This document shows positions 20,267 through 29,865 of a stretch of 64,000 nucleotides of DNA, in pieces. The first letter of the stretch is position 1; each line of letters starts with the position of its first letter. The stretch covers positions 3,040,001 to 3,104,000 of the forward strand of contig OZ241867.1 of assembly GCA_965203175.1 (NCBI GenBank), given 5' to 3'. The stretch comes from Candidatus Latescibacterota bacterium. GTDB lineage: Bacteria > Latescibacterota > UBA2968 > UBA8231. A program made the position numbers and the translations under genes. The notes beneath the pieces are model-generated. The model made no database searches and was not told the origin of the DNA. It worked only from the letters and a program-made list of their open reading frames with translations.

Positions 20267-21643
20267 GTGGTAGACGAGTATAGAGTAGACGAATATAAAA
20301 AAGCAGTACAGGCCCAGCGCCAAAAAACGGCCTATATAGCGGTCGGCGCAGCCTTTCTCATTCACGTACTTTTCATCCTGTCCAAGTGGGTGGTAATCGC
20401 CGCCGGCTTGGCGGGTGCCGGGGTGCTGGTATATGCCCTGTATTCAGCTACCACCGGCCGTCGGCTGAACATGGGCGTGGCCTTTATGCTCTCGGTAGCT
20501 ATTCACGCTGGCGTCTTCGTTTACGATCATCTCTTTGGCATTGGCGAAGAAGAGACAAAGGAGGCGCTAATCATTTTCCGTGCTCCTCCGCCAATTCTCG
20601 AAAAGAACTTCGACTTAGCCAAACGTCCCGAGATATCCGAAGTGCAGATGGAGATGCTGCAGTCGATGGCACCGCCGGATTTGCCGCAGGATATATCGGC
20701 GATAGCCGATGTTAGCGCGGTAGGTAGCGACCTGCTGAGTTCGGTCTTGCCTGGTACGCAGGTCTTGGGTGCCTTTTCAGGTGCCAAGGCCGAAGAACTA
20801 GCCTTCGACGAGGTCGCGATGATCGAACTGGCTGAAACGTCGGCACCGGTGCAAGAGGCTCTGAGTCTGAGACACGAATTACTCAATGTCGGCGACTTGG
20901 ACATCGGTCGCTATCAAGCGATCTTGATTCAGGACCCAGACAACAAACGCGCTATCCGCGGCTTCTTTAACATGACAGTCATTGACTACGACATCGCAGA
21001 CAAGAACCGCGATCGGTTCCCAACTGCGGTAGAGGAGTTGATGCGCTATATGCGCGATCATACCCAAATTAATGCCCGAATTGAGGGCACTACCTTGGAA
21101 TTTTCGGATCCGCGCATCATGGACGCCCCCATGATTTACGTGACGGGCAATGATGCCGTCTTGCAAATCAGCAATACAGAGAAGACCAACTTAGGTGATT
21201 ATCTCAAGAACGGTGGTTTTCTCTATGCCGAGGAGATTCGCCAAAGCGACGCTGAGAACGGACTTGATGGCAAGGAAGCTGGAGTTTCGGGTACGCCGTT
21301 TGACCGGCAGTTCAAGGCCCTGATGAAAGATCCGCTGGTGCTGGGTAGCGATGGCTCCAAGTGGCAGAAAGTGCCCAAGAGCCACGATCTCTACTATAGC
21401 TTCTGGGATTTTCCCGATGGCCCGCCGATGGGAGGCGCACCCGCTGGCAATGTGTTCGACTTGGAGATGCTGGAACTGCGCGGTCGGGTTGCAGTGGTTT
21501 TCAGCGACCTGAATATTAGCTGGTACTGGGGAGACCCGCTGGCCGATGCACGAGAGCGCGGATTGCAGTTTGGGGTTAACCTAATCGTCTACGCGTTGAC
21601 CCAACCGGGTGGCATCGCCAATGTGACCCAATTTACCCAATAA
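20267..21643 (+). CDS. Membrane-anchored protein with TonB/TolA-like S-x3-H helix, Pro/acidic linker and C-terminal DUF4159-like domain
   Basis: LSVAIHAG helix, RAPPP linker, then PMIYVTG, NLGDYLKNGGFLYAE, GRVAVVFS, GVNLIVYALT (DUF4159 pattern). Confidence 0.7.
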   Translation: MVDEYRVDEYKKAVQAQRQKTAYIAVGAAFLIHVLFILSKWVVIAAGLAGAGVLVYALYSATTGRRLNMGVAFMLSVAIHAGVFVYDHLFGIGEEETKEALIIFRAPPPILEKNFDLAKRPEISEVQMEMLQSMAPPDLPQDISAIADVSAVGSDLLSSVLPGTQVLGAFSGAKAEELAFDEVAMIELAETSAPVQEALSLRHELLNVGDLDIGRYQAILIQDPDNKRAIRGFFNMTVIDYDIADKNRDRFPTAVEELMRYMRDHTQINARIEGTTLEFSDPRIMDAPMIYVTGNDAVLQISNTEKTNLGDYLKNGGFLYAEEIRQSDAENGLDGKEAGVSGTPFDRQFKALMKDPLVLGSDGSKWQKVPKSHDLYYSFWDFPDGPPMGGAPAGNVFDLEMLELRGRVAVVFSDLNISWYWGDPLADARERGLQFGVNLIVYALTQPGGIANVTQFTQ

Positions 21644-21666
21644 ACACCTCCCATACGGCAAGAGGT

Positions 21667-21706
21667 ACAGGTGCCCTACCGATGAACTGATCGGTAGGGC
21701 ACCTGT
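21667..21706. terminator. Perfect 17-bp stem-loop between convergent genes (probable bidirectional terminator)
   Basis: acaggtgccctaccgat-gaactg-atcggtagggcacctgt. Confidence 0.8.
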
Positions 21707-21741
21707 GTTTCGGCCGTTCCTCCACCAGCTTCGGCCTTTTT

Positions 21742-23031
21742 TTAGGTCGATCTTCTTATCTGGTCCCAGACGTCGAAGTATGTTGGAAAGGTTTTGCCGA
21801 CGCATCTCGGGTCATTGATGCGGATTCCGGGCACTCGCAATCCGACTAGGGCAAAACTCATAGCTACTCGGTGATCCTTATAGGTATCGATGGTGCTGCC
21901 TTTAGGCTTAGACGGCGCGATGGTAACGCCATCTCTATGCTCTTCTACTTTCACGCCGAGCCGACGCAATTGGGCGACCATAGCAGCAATCCGGTCGGTC
22001 TCCTGCCAGCGCGTGTGCTCGATGTTGCGGATACGCACTGGATTCGTGGCAAAGGGTGCAATCGCGGCCAGCGTAAGCGAAGTATCCGATATAGCCTTCA
22101 TATCGACGTCTATTCCCCTGAGTCGATTTGGGCCGATCACCTCAACTCCGTGGGCGTAACGGTTGACTGTGCATCCCATCTTCTCGAGCACATCGATGAA
22201 GTGGATATCGCCTTGGGCTGAGTCGGCGGAGATATCGACTACGCGCACCCGGCCGCCATTGAGCGCAGCGGCAGCAAAGAAGTACGAGGCGTTGGAAGCA
22301 TCCGGTTCAATGGCGTAGGCACGGGGCTTATAGCATTGGCCGCCGGCGACGCGAAAACGCCGGTAATCGTCGTGTTGTACCTCGATTCCGAATGCCTGCA
22401 TTACCGCCATAGTGATGTCGATATATTCGGTTTTGAACTCGCCGACCATCTCGATTTCCAAGCCGTTGTCCGTGTAGGGTGCGACTAGCAGCAGCGAGGT
22501 AAGGAACTGGCTGCTCTTGCTGGCGTCGAGCTGGGTTTTTCCGCCTTTGAACCCCTTGGCTTGCACCTCTACTGGCAGGCATCCGTTGGCAAAGCGCGAA
22601 CGTGCGTCGATACCGAGTTGGCCGAGCGCGTCGAGCAGGTCGGAAATCGGCCGGCTCTGGCGCATGGGCGCGTCGCCGTCGATGATGAAAGTCCCGTTGC
22701 CGAGCGCGACATAACTCGTGATCGACCGAGAGGTAGTGCCCGAATTGCCAATGTACAGCTCGGCACCATTGGTGGGGATCCGTCCACCATTGCCTGTGAC
22801 TGTAAAGCTGGCCGCCTTTGGATCGGCCTCTATAGAGACGCCGAGTTTGCGCAATGCTTGAACCATGTAGTCGGTATCGTCGCTAAAGAGTGCACCCGTA
22901 AGGTGCGATTCTCCGTTGACTAGTGCTGCAACTAGCAACGCCCGGTTGGTGTAGCTTTTGGACCCGGGTACGGCGACCACGGCATCGAGTGGCTCTTGCA
23001 GAGGTTGTATTTCGAGCGAATCGGCGTTCAT
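21742..23031 (-). CDS. aroA: 3-phosphoshikimate 1-carboxyvinyltransferase (EPSP synthase)
   Basis: PGSKSYTNR, GNSGTT, SSQF, ETDRI, DHRVAM and KTFPTY motifs. Confidence 0.97.
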   Translation of the reverse strand: MNADSLEIQPLQEPLDAVVAVPGSKSYTNRALLVAALVNGESHLTGALFSDDTDYMVQALRKLGVSIEADPKAASFTVTGNGGRIPTNGAELYIGNSGTTSRSITSYVALGNGTFIIDGDAPMRQSRPISDLLDALGQLGIDARSRFANGCLPVEVQAKGFKGGKTQLDASKSSQFLTSLLLVAPYTDNGLEIEMVGEFKTEYIDITMAVMQAFGIEVQHDDYRRFRVAGGQCYKPRAYAIEPDASNASYFFAAAALNGGRVRVVDISADSAQGDIHFIDVLEKMGCTVNRYAHGVEVIGPNRLRGIDVDMKAISDTSLTLAAIAPFATNPVRIRNIEHTRWQETDRIAAMVAQLRRLGVKVEEHRDGVTIAPSKPKGSTIDTYKDHRVAMSFALVGLRVPGIRINDPRCVGKTFPTYFDVWDQIRRST

Positions 23032-23170
23032 GTTTAGCTGACAGCGGTGGTTGGGTGGTATTACGCGTGCGGCACAAGGCCGCTACATAATCTGGTATTT
23101 CGCGGAGCTTTGAGCAATGCTGGAGGATGCTGGAGTTTTCCGCTACCTTTATTCGCGAAAGGAGCGCGCC

Positions 23171-24067
23171 ATGCCGTCAGACAAGACGCCGGACGAGATC
23201 AAAAACTTACTTGAGGGTCCGGTCAACTCCATTCCCACTACCTTTTTGCCCAATGGTCAGCTAGACTGGGAAGGCATCGGTCGCATAATCGACGTCGGCA
23301 TTGCCAGCGGCAGCAGGATCAGCTTGCTGACCTACGGGGACAGCCAGTTCGAGTTCCTCAGCGACGAAGAGGTTGCTCAGCTCACCCGCTTTTTGGTCGA
23401 CCGGGTCGCCGGACGGGCGTTGACGGTGGCGGCTACTCGGCGCTGGCCGGATGATCGGGCGGTCCAATTCGCCGAGTATTGCCGCAGCTGGGGAGCCGAC
23501 GTGCTGATGGTGCTGCCACCGGAACAAGCCCAGCCACAAGGCAAAATCATCCAATACCGCAAAGTAGCCCAAGTAATGCCCCTGATGTTGGTGGGGTATC
23601 CTCCCTATGAAATCCTCGACGCGCTACTCGACGTGCCCAACATCTGCATCTTCAAAGAAGACGGCACACTCGAATACGCAAAGGCGACTGTGCACCGCTA
23701 TGGTGATCGGTGGAAGTTCATGACCGGCGGGGGTCTATGGCGCAATTTCGCACAATGGCCCTGCGGTATCCGCGCCTTTTTCTGCTATCCATCTTCGTTT
23801 GCTCCCCATATAGCACAAAGCTACTGGCGGGCCTTCCAAGACGGCGATGCCAAAACGGCCCAGACCATCATCACTCAAATCGAAGAACCCTTCTGGGGAG
23901 TGGCCACAGATGTGCTAGGCGGCGGTCAGGCCGTATGGCGCACTGCGCTCGAACTCAACGGCATTGCCTCGCGCTGGTTGCGCCCGCCTATGGTGACGGC
24001 CACAGCCGAGGAGGTGGAGAAGATCGGTGCCGTCTTGGATGCCATCGGGCTTATAAATCCCCTCTGA
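23171..24067 (+). CDS. Dihydrodipicolinate synthase/N-acetylneuraminate lyase family protein (divergent)
   Basis: IPTTF...LDWEG, LSDEE, GADVLMVLPP and the Schiff-base Lys in PNICIFKED; AAGGAG RBS before ATG 23171. Confidence 0.75.
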   Translation: MPSDKTPDEIKNLLEGPVNSIPTTFLPNGQLDWEGIGRIIDVGIASGSRISLLTYGDSQFEFLSDEEVAQLTRFLVDRVAGRALTVAATRRWPDDRAVQFAEYCRSWGADVLMVLPPEQAQPQGKIIQYRKVAQVMPLMLVGYPPYEILDALLDVPNICIFKEDGTLEYAKATVHRYGDRWKFMTGGGLWRNFAQWPCGIRAFFCYPSSFAPHIAQSYWRAFQDGDAKTAQTIITQIEEPFWGVATDVLGGGQAVWRTALELNGIASRWLRPPMVTATAEEVEKIGAVLDAIGLINPL

Positions 24068-24139
24068 GCGAAACCCCCTTCTTCCGGTAACTGAATCTCG
24101 GTTCAATTACCTAGTTTGTCTGCTTCGCTCTAAGACGGA

Positions 24140-26311
24140 TCAGATATCCACACAGTGTATCACCGCCACCTCGCCGAACCCTAGCGTCAGCTTGAAGGCC
24201 CCGTCGTCGAGTGCGAGGTCTCGTTTCCCGAGCAGGTCGCGGGCCGCGCCTATCTGCCAGCGCGGTTGCACCCGCGTCCGCGCGGTGCGCTGTTCTACGT
24301 TGAGCGCGAAGATCAGCGACCCTCCCTGCCGAGAGCGGCGACGAAAGGCAACGACGCGGTCGCCGGTAATCGCAAACCACGGCTCGACGCTGGCGGTTGC
24401 CAGCAGCGCGACCGCTACCTCATCGTGGACCAGCCCCGCAGGTGCTGGTGCTCCAGGTTGCCCGGTCACTTGCGACGAGGCTGTAGCCGAGAGCGCAAAC
24501 CCGTACCAGGTAAAGCGCCCGTCGGCCGAGCGTACCCCAACCACTTCATCGCCGATGGTAGCGATGGGCGCAGTATCGCCTTGGGCTTCTAAGATTGAAT
24601 AGGTCGTCCCCGCCGGCAGGGCAAAAGTGCCACACTCCATCTGCACGACGTTTTTGCCAGCCCGAACATCGAAATCGGCGACGACATCAAAATCGGCGAT
24701 CCGGCAATCGATGAGATCACTGAGTCCCTCGGGGGGCTTGAAGCTCCAGTGGCCCTTGCCAGCAAAGGTGCCAAAGTGGCCGTCGGCTACGAGGTGGGGA
24801 CCGTTGGCTGCTTGCAGCAGACCGCGCAGGCGGGCGATGGCCACCTCGTCGAGGACCGCGAAGTGCGGTAGGTAAACTAGCACGTACTCGGACCAATCCA
24901 TCGCCGGGGTCACTAGGTCCATCGCCACGCTTTGTGCCCACAGGGTGCGGTAGAGCGCCCGGTGGTGCTGGATGAACTGGACTCCCTGGTCGTTAAAATC
25001 AAATGCATCGTCGCTTGGGCCGCTGTAGGCAATAGCTACATCGGCGCGCGGAATGGCCAGCGGCAGATGGTCAGCAATATGGTCGATCTGGGCGATAGTC
25101 GCCGTTGCCGCGTGGAGCCGCTCGGTCGGCTCGCCATCGAGTGCGGCGATGTTGAGTCCGGGTGCTTCGTAGGTCATGTACTCCGGCCGATACTGCCAGA
25201 ACATGGCCCCGGCACCGCCTTCGATCAGGGTCAGCCAGATATAGAGAGCTGACTCTCGGCCGAGGGTCTTCTTCTCGGTCGGATGCAGCCCGCCGACGAA
25301 GCTGCCGTAGATCTCCTCGTTCCACCATCGATTGTTGCGCCCCATGGCGCGGCACCATTGGAAGCCGTAGGCCTCGCAGGCGATGCTGTATGGCTCGTCG
25401 GTGGTCAGCCGATTGGACGAGTGGTGCGAAAGGCCCCAACTGTCGATTTGCGGACTGACCGTCTCGTGGTGAGGTGCTGGGTACGAGCCGCCGTGCGAGC
25501 GCTGCTCGTGCGTCCCATCGAGCCGGTCGATCAAGTCGGCCATCCAGCCTAAGTGATCGGCCATGTTTTCGCGATGGAACTGCAAGTACAGCCCCATCTC
25601 CACTGGCGCGGCTTTGCTGCGCGGCGCATCGACATCCTCCCACGAGCGGTAGCGACGCAGCAGCCGCTCATTGAGCTCGTCGAGCGTGTAGTTGCAGTAG
25701 AGCCAGTCCTTGTACTTGGCGATGGTGTAGTCGTTGTAGGGGGGATATGGCTCAGGGGCCGTCCACGCGCCGGCGTAGCCAATGCCGTCCCAAGTGCCCC
25801 AGACGCCCAAAGCTTCGTGATCCTTGTAACGCGGCACAAATTGGCGCAAATAGCGTTCGACATAGACTCGCCACATTGGGTGGTCGAAGTTGTGGGTCAT
25901 CGCTCCGTGTGCGGCGAACGCGCCGGTCGTATTTTGTTGCACACTACCGTCGCGGCGGACGACCCGCATGTCCGGATGGGAGCGCAGCATCCAGGCCGGG
26001 CAGGCCATGTGAGTGCCCAGCGGGGTATCGACCCAGACTTTTAGACCGTGTTGGGCAGCGAGGTCGAAGAGCCGGTCCAGGTCGTCGAATTCGTAGTGGT
26101 TGGGCAAGGTCTCGACCCAGTCCCAAGAGTACCAGACGCGGACGATGCTCATACCAGCGGCGCTAATCCGGCGAAAGTCCTCGTCCCAGTACTCCGGCGG
26201 CGGCACGGGCGGGCGGTAGTATTCGACGCCGACCGGAAAGGGCCGGTCGAATGCCTGATCGAGGGTTTTGTCGCGGCTGCGCAACTGCATCCATTGATCA
26301 CCGATGTGCAT
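24140..26311 (-). CDS. GH42-like beta-galactosidase family glycoside hydrolase with trimerisation domain
   Basis: GVEYY, WDEDF, SWDWVE..P..YEFDDLD, PAWM...HPD, MFWQYR; C-terminal DVAIAYS/LVYLP domain. Confidence 0.75.
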   Translation of the reverse strand: MHIGDQWMQLRSRDKTLDQAFDRPFPVGVEYYRPPVPPPEYWDEDFRRISAAGMSIVRVWYSWDWVETLPNHYEFDDLDRLFDLAAQHGLKVWVDTPLGTHMACPAWMLRSHPDMRVVRRDGSVQQNTTGAFAAHGAMTHNFDHPMWRVYVERYLRQFVPRYKDHEALGVWGTWDGIGYAGAWTAPEPYPPYNDYTIAKYKDWLYCNYTLDELNERLLRRYRSWEDVDAPRSKAAPVEMGLYLQFHRENMADHLGWMADLIDRLDGTHEQRSHGGSYPAPHHETVSPQIDSWGLSHHSSNRLTTDEPYSIACEAYGFQWCRAMGRNNRWWNEEIYGSFVGGLHPTEKKTLGRESALYIWLTLIEGGAGAMFWQYRPEYMTYEAPGLNIAALDGEPTERLHAATATIAQIDHIADHLPLAIPRADVAIAYSGPSDDAFDFNDQGVQFIQHHRALYRTLWAQSVAMDLVTPAMDWSEYVLVYLPHFAVLDEVAIARLRGLLQAANGPHLVADGHFGTFAGKGHWSFKPPEGLSDLIDCRIADFDVVADFDVRAGKNVVQMECGTFALPAGTTYSILEAQGDTAPIATIGDEVVGVRSADGRFTWYGFALSATASSQVTGQPGAPAPAGLVHDEVAVALLATASVEPWFAITGDRVVAFRRRSRQGGSLIFALNVEQRTARTRVQPRWQIGAARDLLGKRDLALDDGAFKLTLGFGEVAVIHCVDI

Positions 26312-26320
26312 GGTAATCTC

Positions 26321-27409
26321 CTAGTGGTCCGCTACGCTAATCCGCAGCCAGCGGATGTTGTGAATGTGGTCCTCGCGGCACCAGAAGGCCGCTAGCACGT
26401 CGCCATCGGGCAGGCGCAAGAGGTTGGGAAAGCCAAAGTGCAGTTCGGCCAGCTCGGTAGCTGCGTCTCGCTCGCCAAGCATCCGCGATGCCGCGCCCTG
26501 CCACAGGGGAGCCTCTGCCAGATGGACCCACTCGTCGCCTTGTATCTGCGCGAGCACTGCCCACAGGCCAGCCGCATCGGTGCGGCGCGTCAGGCACAGG
26601 ACCCGGTCGCCGCCTAAGTGCAGCAACTTGGTCGTCTCGCCGGCGATTTCGGTCGAGCCACGGACGCTGAACGTTTTGCCGTCTGGCGCTATCGCGTAAG
26701 GCACCTTTATCAGGGTCTGGCCTACTACCGAGTTGAAAGGCCAAGCCACCGCGAGGAGCCGCCCGCCCTCCAATTCCACGAGACTGACCTCGTGGTAGAT
26801 CACCTCGCCTTGGGGATCGGCGAACAGCTCGATATATTCGGGCCAAGTCTGGCCTTGGTCGCCAGAGACCAACGCCAGGGTTTTGAGTCCGTCGGGTGCG
26901 GCCCCTTCCCAAGTCCGCAACAAGCCCGTGGGCAAGAGCAGTCGGCCATCGCCGGTCTCGACAAAGGCGTGGCAAACCTCGTAGGGAGCGGCCAGTGGCG
27001 GGTCGATCTCCTGCGGCCCTTGCCAGTGGGTCCCGTCGCGGCTGCGGAGCACGAACCAGTCGCCTTGCTCTACGCCGTACGTCTGGGGATTCCAGCCGCT
27101 GGTCTCGGGGTGGTGGCAATAGCTGCGTCGTCCCGCGCCGATCAAGGTTCCGTCGGCTAGGGTGCTGATGCGGACAGTGCGGCGAGCGGGCGCGGCAACG
27201 GGATCAGTGAAAAATGCCACCGGCTCGCTCCACGACTGTCCGCCATCAGTCGATCGCGCAAGATAGGTACAATAATCAAGGGCACCGATAGTCTCGCCCA
27301 AGTCGTAGGCGGCCAATAAGTCGCCGTTGGGCAATAGCGCTAGGGTTGGGTGCCAAGCGTGGAGCGTGGGATCGCGGTAGATGAGGCCAGTGGCGCGGAG
27401 TTCGATCAT
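26321..27409 (-). CDS. Sialidase-like BNR/Asp-box beta-propeller protein
   Basis: Asp boxes STDGGQSWS, SRDGTHW and SGDQGQTW; FGFP..LRLPDG at the C-terminus. Confidence 0.75.
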   Translation of the reverse strand: MIELRATGLIYRDPTLHAWHPTLALLPNGDLLAAYDLGETIGALDYCTYLARSTDGGQSWSEPVAFFTDPVAAPARRTVRISTLADGTLIGAGRRSYCHHPETSGWNPQTYGVEQGDWFVLRSRDGTHWQGPQEIDPPLAAPYEVCHAFVETGDGRLLLPTGLLRTWEGAAPDGLKTLALVSGDQGQTWPEYIELFADPQGEVIYHEVSLVELEGGRLLAVAWPFNSVVGQTLIKVPYAIAPDGKTFSVRGSTEIAGETTKLLHLGGDRVLCLTRRTDAAGLWAVLAQIQGDEWVHLAEAPLWQGAASRMLGERDAATELAELHFGFPNLLRLPDGDVLAAFWCREDHIHNIRWLRISVADH

Positions 27410-27497
27410 GGGGGTTCCTAAGGTGGGGTGATTGACCGGGGGAATAATACGGTTTTAGGTTTTTCGCACCAAATTTTAATACGCGGAGGATACACTC

Positions 27498-29057
27498 ATG
27501 CCCAAACCCCGCTTGATGTTTGAAAACGACTCGCGCCACACCTTGCTCTACATGTGTGAGCCACCCGTCGCGCGAGAAGGGTGCGAGGCTGCGGTCGATG
27601 AGCTGTTGGGAACGCCGATTGAGGCATTGGTTTTCAATCTCGGCTTCGGCAATGCCTTTTTGCACGACACCCAAGTGGCCGATCACTGGGGCCCAGAAAC
27701 GGCGGCTACCGCTCAGTTTCGGCCGGAGGACGACCACCATTGGGATCACCTCGTCTTCCAGCGCGCCTATCGCAATGCCCAGCAGTTCATCGCCGAGGGC
27801 CGCGATCTGCTGCACATCGTCTGCGACCGCGCTCGGGCCAAGGGACTGCTGATCTACCCCTCGCTCCAGGTGCAGGCCGACTTAGGCGAGGGCTTGCGGA
27901 TCAGCGATACCCAGTTGGCCGATTTTGCGCGACCAGAAGTCCGCGAGATGCGCTTTGCTCTGATTGAGGAAACCCTGCAAAACTATCCGGTGGATGGCTT
28001 TGAGCTCAACCTCAATCACTACGCTGGCGGTGCCTTCTTCCATCCAGACGACATGGAGCGCGGCCGGAGCATCTTTACCGACTGGCTCCAGCGCGTCCGC
28101 GAGGCCGTTAAGCAAAGCGGCCCCGACCGCGAGCTGGCCCTGCGCATCCCCACTAGTATCGTCGGTTGCCGGTCCCTTGGCCTGGACCCAGAAACGTGGA
28201 TCCGCGAGGGGATTGCCGATGTTTTGGTCGCGGAAAACTTTGCGTCTATGTTCCTGATTGACGCGACCGCGGATTTTCGGCCCCTGATCGCGGCGGCTCA
28301 AGACGCGGAGTGTCGAATCCACGGCGTCATCCGCAACAACGTGGATTCGGACCGGCTGGGCGCGGCTCCCATTGCCATGATACGCGCCGCTGCAACCAAT
28401 TACTGGGCGCAGGGCGTCGATGGGCTGAATTTGGTCCACTGGGCCGGCAATTGGCCGTACGGCCCATCTTTCTACGAACAACTCCGCGAACTGCCGCACC
28501 CGGACGTAATGGCGGTCAAAGACAAAATCTATGCGATCCCCACGCCCACCGGGCGTTCAGCCGCACAGCCGAAGACCGAGCCGGGATTCGTCATGCAGCT
28601 ACCGGCCTCGCTGTCGCTAGAGCAGCCCGTAGCACTAGAACTGCCGATCAGCGACGACTTGCCTCGCTGGGGTGCGGCCGGACGAGTCCACGAGGTTATC
28701 TTGCGGATACGGCTGATGCGCGCTACCGACCGCGACCGCCTCAGCTTCAAGCTGAACGGGGACGAGCTGCCAGCGCATCTTACGCGCAAGATCGACCACA
28801 TCTATCAAATGACTGCGCCGCGCTACCGCTCGCATTCGAGTTACTGGTTTGTCTTCCGGCTGGACGAGGCCCACTGGCCGGTGCAGGGAACCAACGTCGT
28901 AGAGGTCACTCTGCACGACCGCGACCCGGAGGCTACGCCGCTCATCTATGTGCGGGACGTGGAATTGGAGGTGCGCTATCTGCGCGGCAAGAGCACGTAT
29001 CGCGGTGTTCACAACACCGATCCGGACTTGGGGCCTTATGAGTGCGGTGTTACTTGA
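27498..29057 (+). CDS. Putative TIM-barrel glycoside hydrolase-like protein (GHL10-like) with C-terminal beta domain
   Basis: DFARPEVR, YPVDGFEL, GLDPETWIREG, AAATNYWAQGVDGL; GGAGG RBS. Confidence 0.55.
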   Translation: MPKPRLMFENDSRHTLLYMCEPPVAREGCEAAVDELLGTPIEALVFNLGFGNAFLHDTQVADHWGPETAATAQFRPEDDHHWDHLVFQRAYRNAQQFIAEGRDLLHIVCDRARAKGLLIYPSLQVQADLGEGLRISDTQLADFARPEVREMRFALIEETLQNYPVDGFELNLNHYAGGAFFHPDDMERGRSIFTDWLQRVREAVKQSGPDRELALRIPTSIVGCRSLGLDPETWIREGIADVLVAENFASMFLIDATADFRPLIAAAQDAECRIHGVIRNNVDSDRLGAAPIAMIRAAATNYWAQGVDGLNLVHWAGNWPYGPSFYEQLRELPHPDVMAVKDKIYAIPTPTGRSAAQPKTEPGFVMQLPASLSLEQPVALELPISDDLPRWGAAGRVHEVILRIRLMRATDRDRLSFKLNGDELPAHLTRKIDHIYQMTAPRYRSHSSYWFVFRLDEAHWPVQGTNVVEVTLHDRDPEATPLIYVRDVELEVRYLRGKSTYRGVHNTDPDLGPYECGVT

Positions 29058-29148
29058 GGGAGCCGATGTTGGCGATGGAGGTTTTGAGCCTAAAACTTGA
29101 GTATGTAGATTTACCTTACCATTCCCCATTATAGAGAGGAGACCTGCC

Positions 29149-29823
29149 ATGCTACTCCGTATAGCTATTCTATGCATTCTATGGGTCTTGCCCGTCGCTG
29201 GTCAGGACGGACTGCTGGGCACTTGGAAACATAGTCAAGAAGGTATTGAGGGGTTCCGCTTTACTTGGATCGACACCCTAGAAAAGAAGACCTTTGAAAA
29301 CGCCACTGTTTTTTACGACACGGTGGCAGGCCAATCCTCCCGCCGCGTGACTTTCCGAGAAGACGGGACCGCCCACCTCAATTCCGTGAGGGTTTCTGAC
29401 CTCAGCTACCTCCCTGACGAATTGTTGACGGACTTAAAAGAACGGGGCCGCCTCTTCGACTCTAGGACCTACGACGGGATAGGTACTTGGCGTACTGCTG
29501 GCGACAGTCTGTGGATCGGATACGACGAATTCATCATGTATGAAGGCGATACTGAGATCCGGCTCTCCGAGTTTTCTGCTGAGGATTTTATTCGCGAGCA
29601 AGATGCTGGGGAAGAGATATCTGAGGAGGACCGCGCCGCCGTAGAAGCATTCTATTCCCATTTCTTCAACCTCACTAAAGAGCAAATGGAGTTCGCCGGC
29701 ACGTACCAGCTCGCAGGTGATAGTCTTTTTCTCACTTCTCTAGGCGTGGACGGTGCAGACCGCACCCGTGCGTACACTCGTACTACCGCTGTTACCGAAC
29801 CCACACCAGTTGAGGGACGCTGA
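29149..29823 (+). CDS. Secreted hypothetical protein (lipocalin-like beta motifs) with decayed C-terminal WGxLK tail
   Basis: Signal peptide, LLGTW, GTWRTAGDSL/GTYQLAGDSL internal repeat; lower GC than neighbours. Confidence 0.65.
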   Translation: MLLRIAILCILWVLPVAGQDGLLGTWKHSQEGIEGFRFTWIDTLEKKTFENATVFYDTVAGQSSRRVTFREDGTAHLNSVRVSDLSYLPDELLTDLKERGRLFDSRTYDGIGTWRTAGDSLWIGYDEFIMYEGDTEIRLSEFSAEDFIREQDAGEEISEEDRAAVEAFYSHFFNLTKEQMEFAGTYQLAGDSLFLTSLGVDGADRTRAYTRTTAVTEPTPVEGR

Positions 29824-29865
29824 AGGCCACGGTAAACATATCGGCCAATTAATACGGAGGGAATC

